64,000 nucleotides of DNA from the NCBI GenBank assembly GCA_963727485.1, contig CAVSGM010000011.1, forward strand, positions 384,001 through 448,000. The letters are read 5' to 3'. A program made the translations under genes and the position numbers. Positions 62,280-64,000 of this stretch are shown piece by piece (within the stretch, counting starts at the first letter, position 1; the number at the start of each line of letters is the position of its first letter). The notes under the pieces were generated by a model. The model saw only the letters and a list, made by a program, of their open reading frames with translations, was not told where the DNA came from and did no database searches. Source of the DNA: an uncultured delta proteobacterium. GTDB taxonomy: Bacteria; Myxococcota; Myxococcia; SLRQ01.

Positions 62280-63766
62280 CGCGCCTCAAGCACACCCTCG
62301 CCCTCGCCGGCGCCACCCTCCTCGTCGGGGGCTGCGCCACCACCGGCGGTGCCCGGAAGGCCCCCGCGGCCACCGGCTCCGCCACCGCCACCCGCCGGGC
62401 CCCCGGGCTCTCCGGCGCCGACCGCCGCGCCTTCGACGACGGCGTCGCCGCCTACAAGGAGCAGAAGCAGGCCGGGGTCCTCGACCTCCAGGCGCTGGCG
62501 CACCGGTGGCAGGAGGTCACCCAGAACGCCCCCGACGTCGCCGAGGGCTGGTACAACCTGGGGGTGGTGGAGGCGCGCCTCGGCCACGTCGCCGCCGCCG
62601 AGAAGGCCTACACCCAGGCCCTCTCCAAGAAGCCGTCCCTGGCCGCCGCCGCCGAGAACCTCGGCGTGCTCTACCAGAACCAGGGCCAGGTGCAGCAGGC
62701 GGCGAGCGCCTACCAGCGCGTCCTCGAGTGGCACCCCGAGTCGGCGCGGGCCCGGGTGCGCCTCGCCGAGCTCTACCGGGAGCAGGGCGACGCCAAGCGC
62801 GCCGTCTCCTTCGCCCGGGCGGCCCTGGTCCGCGAGCCCGACCTGGCGCTGGCCTACAAGGTGCTGATGCGGGTGGCCGTGGATCACGGCAAGCCGGCGC
62901 TGGTGCGGCTCCTGGCCCTCAAGGCCCAGCGACGCAGCAGCCAGGATCCCGAGATCCCCTATCGCCTCGGCCAGGTCGACCTCCAGGAGCACGACGAGGA
63001 CCAGGCCATCGCCGACCTCCGGCAGTCGGTGAAGCTCGACCCCCACTACCTCCCGGCGCGCCGGCTCCTGCTCCAAATCGCCCGGCGGCACCAGGACTGG
63101 GCCACCGCGGCCGCCGAGCTCACCGCGATGCTCAAGGCCAACCCCAAGGACGCCGCGGGCTTCGTCGACCTCGGCGTCGCCTACCGGGGGCTGGGCAAGC
63201 CCAAGCTGGCGAGCACCGCCTACCAGCAGGCCCTCAAGCTCGACCCCAAGCTCCCCGAGGCCCACTACGACCTGGGGCTCCTGGCCTTCCAGGTGCGCCA
63301 CGACGACCAGGCCGCCATCCACGAGATGAAGCAGTTCATCGCCGCCCGCAGCGGGGTGCTGCCGCCGGACCACCCGGCCTACAAGATCATCAAGCAGGCC
63401 CAGCAGAACCTCGCCCTCCAGGCCGAGGCCAAGAAGATGGAGGCCGAGGCCAAGCGCCAGGAGGCGGCGCGCAAGCGCAAGGAGGCCGCGGCGAAGCAGA
63501 AGGCCCTCGAGGCGCAGATCCAGGCCGCCAAGGGGAAGGGCGGGGCGCCGGCGACGCCGGGGGCGGGGAGCCCGAAGGCCGCCCCCACTCCGAAGACCGG
63601 GAAGGCGAAGGCCCAGGACGCCGCGCCGAAGGACGCCCCCCCGAAGGACGCCGCGCCGACCCAGGCGGCCGACGGGGCCAAGGCGAAGGCCAAGACCCAG
63701 GGCGCCAAGGGATCCCTGGAGGCCGGGCCCCCGGCCAACGACGGGGAGCCCAAGGATGGCATGTAA
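62276..63766 (+). CDS. gltE: Gliding-machinery TPR lipoprotein GltE (AglT-like)
   Basis: Lipobox VGG-C; YNLGVV, AAENLGV, AHYDLG TPRs; Lys/Ala/Gln coiled coil and Pro/Ala tail; ATGA overlap with gltD. Confidence 0.8.
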   Translation: MTRLKHTLALAGATLLVGGCATTGGARKAPAATGSATATRRAPGLSGADRRAFDDGVAAYKEQKQAGVLDLQALAHRWQEVTQNAPDVAEGWYNLGVVEARLGHVAAAEKAYTQALSKKPSLAAAAENLGVLYQNQGQVQQAASAYQRVLEWHPESARARVRLAELYREQGDAKRAVSFARAALVREPDLALAYKVLMRVAVDHGKPALVRLLALKAQRRSSQDPEIPYRLGQVDLQEHDEDQAIADLRQSVKLDPHYLPARRLLLQIARRHQDWATAAAELTAMLKANPKDAAGFVDLGVAYRGLGKPKLASTAYQQALKLDPKLPEAHYDLGLLAFQVRHDDQAAIHEMKQFIAARSGVLPPDHPAYKIIKQAQQNLALQAEAKKMEAEAKRQEAARKRKEAAAKQKALEAQIQAAKGKGGAPATPGAGSPKAAPTPKTGKAKAQDAAPKDAPPKDAAPTQAADGAKAKAKTQGAKGSLEAGPPANDGEPKDGM

Positions 63767-63818
63767 GCCGATGGGGGCCGAGGTGAACGCCCCCGTAATG
63801 AGTGGAGAAACGGGTTCG

Positions 63819-63827
63819 TGATATGCT
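63819..63827 (+). promoter_or_regulatory. Putative internal extended -10 promoter for gltF
   Basis: TG-A-TATGCT in the gltE-gltF gap; GGAGG SD at 63847-63851. Confidence 0.45.
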
Positions 63828-63858
63828 GCGAGTCCGAAAAACGGCTGGAGGTCGTGTC

Positions 63859-64000
63859 ATGACAGTCCGCTCCGCACTCGCTGCCACCCTCGCCGCCGCC
63901 GGGCTCGCCCTCGGCGGTCACGCCGCGCTGGCCCAGAAGGTCAAGTACAAGAAGACCACCCAGTACGACTTCAAGGACGACACCATCGCCGGTGACCTCA
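63859..64000 (+). CDS. gltF: Gliding-motility protein GltF/CglF (partial; runs off the window and is absent from the ORF track)
   Basis: MTVRSALAATLAAAGLALGGHAALA signal peptide, then QKVKYKKTTQYDFKDDTIAGDL, matching the GltF KKT.xDF..D.I.GDL motif. Confidence 0.8.
   Translation, partial: MTVRSALAATLAAAGLALGGHAALAQKVKYKKTTQYDFKDDTIAGDL

Overview
Very GC-rich, gene-dense chromosomal segment of a Myxococcota (myxobacterium-like) bacterium. I found no rRNA, tRNA, CRISPR array or mobile element. Left to right: GT2-methyltransferase fusion; mglC-aroQ-efp-accB-accC; sgmX, an ExeA-type ATPase and a first TamB/Omp85 pair; a holin-like gene, ppx and tolB-tolA-tolR-tolQ (minus strand); a sigma54-preceded three-repeat lipoprotein, murI, hsp20, a ceramidase-like lipoprotein and an orphan secretin-N/BON protein; xseA-xseB-receiver-ispA-tlyA (no dxs); a beta-barrel/OmpA protein split by an in-frame TAG, divergent from a second TamB/Omp85 pair, a TPR lipoprotein and an agmH-like lipase; a Ser/Thr kinase, a Cys-rich Ig-like lipoprotein, thrB, M23 peptidase, SCP2-like protein, membrane gluzincin-TPR protein, PilZ and DUF192; then an unbroken gliding-machinery cluster cglC(gltK)/gltB-gltA-gltC-gltD-gltE-gltF running off the right end. 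Eight conserved genes each carry one extra base, five of them at or beside GATC. These are probably long-read errors and may reflect DNA methylation. Many genes have a -10 box only 6-9 nt before the start codon, suggesting widespread leaderless mRNAs. Family assignments come from motif recognition and recalled homologs, not database searches. I cannot show a wholly new system; the best candidates are the second TamB/Omp85-OmpA module, the leaderless pattern and a shared intergenic motif.
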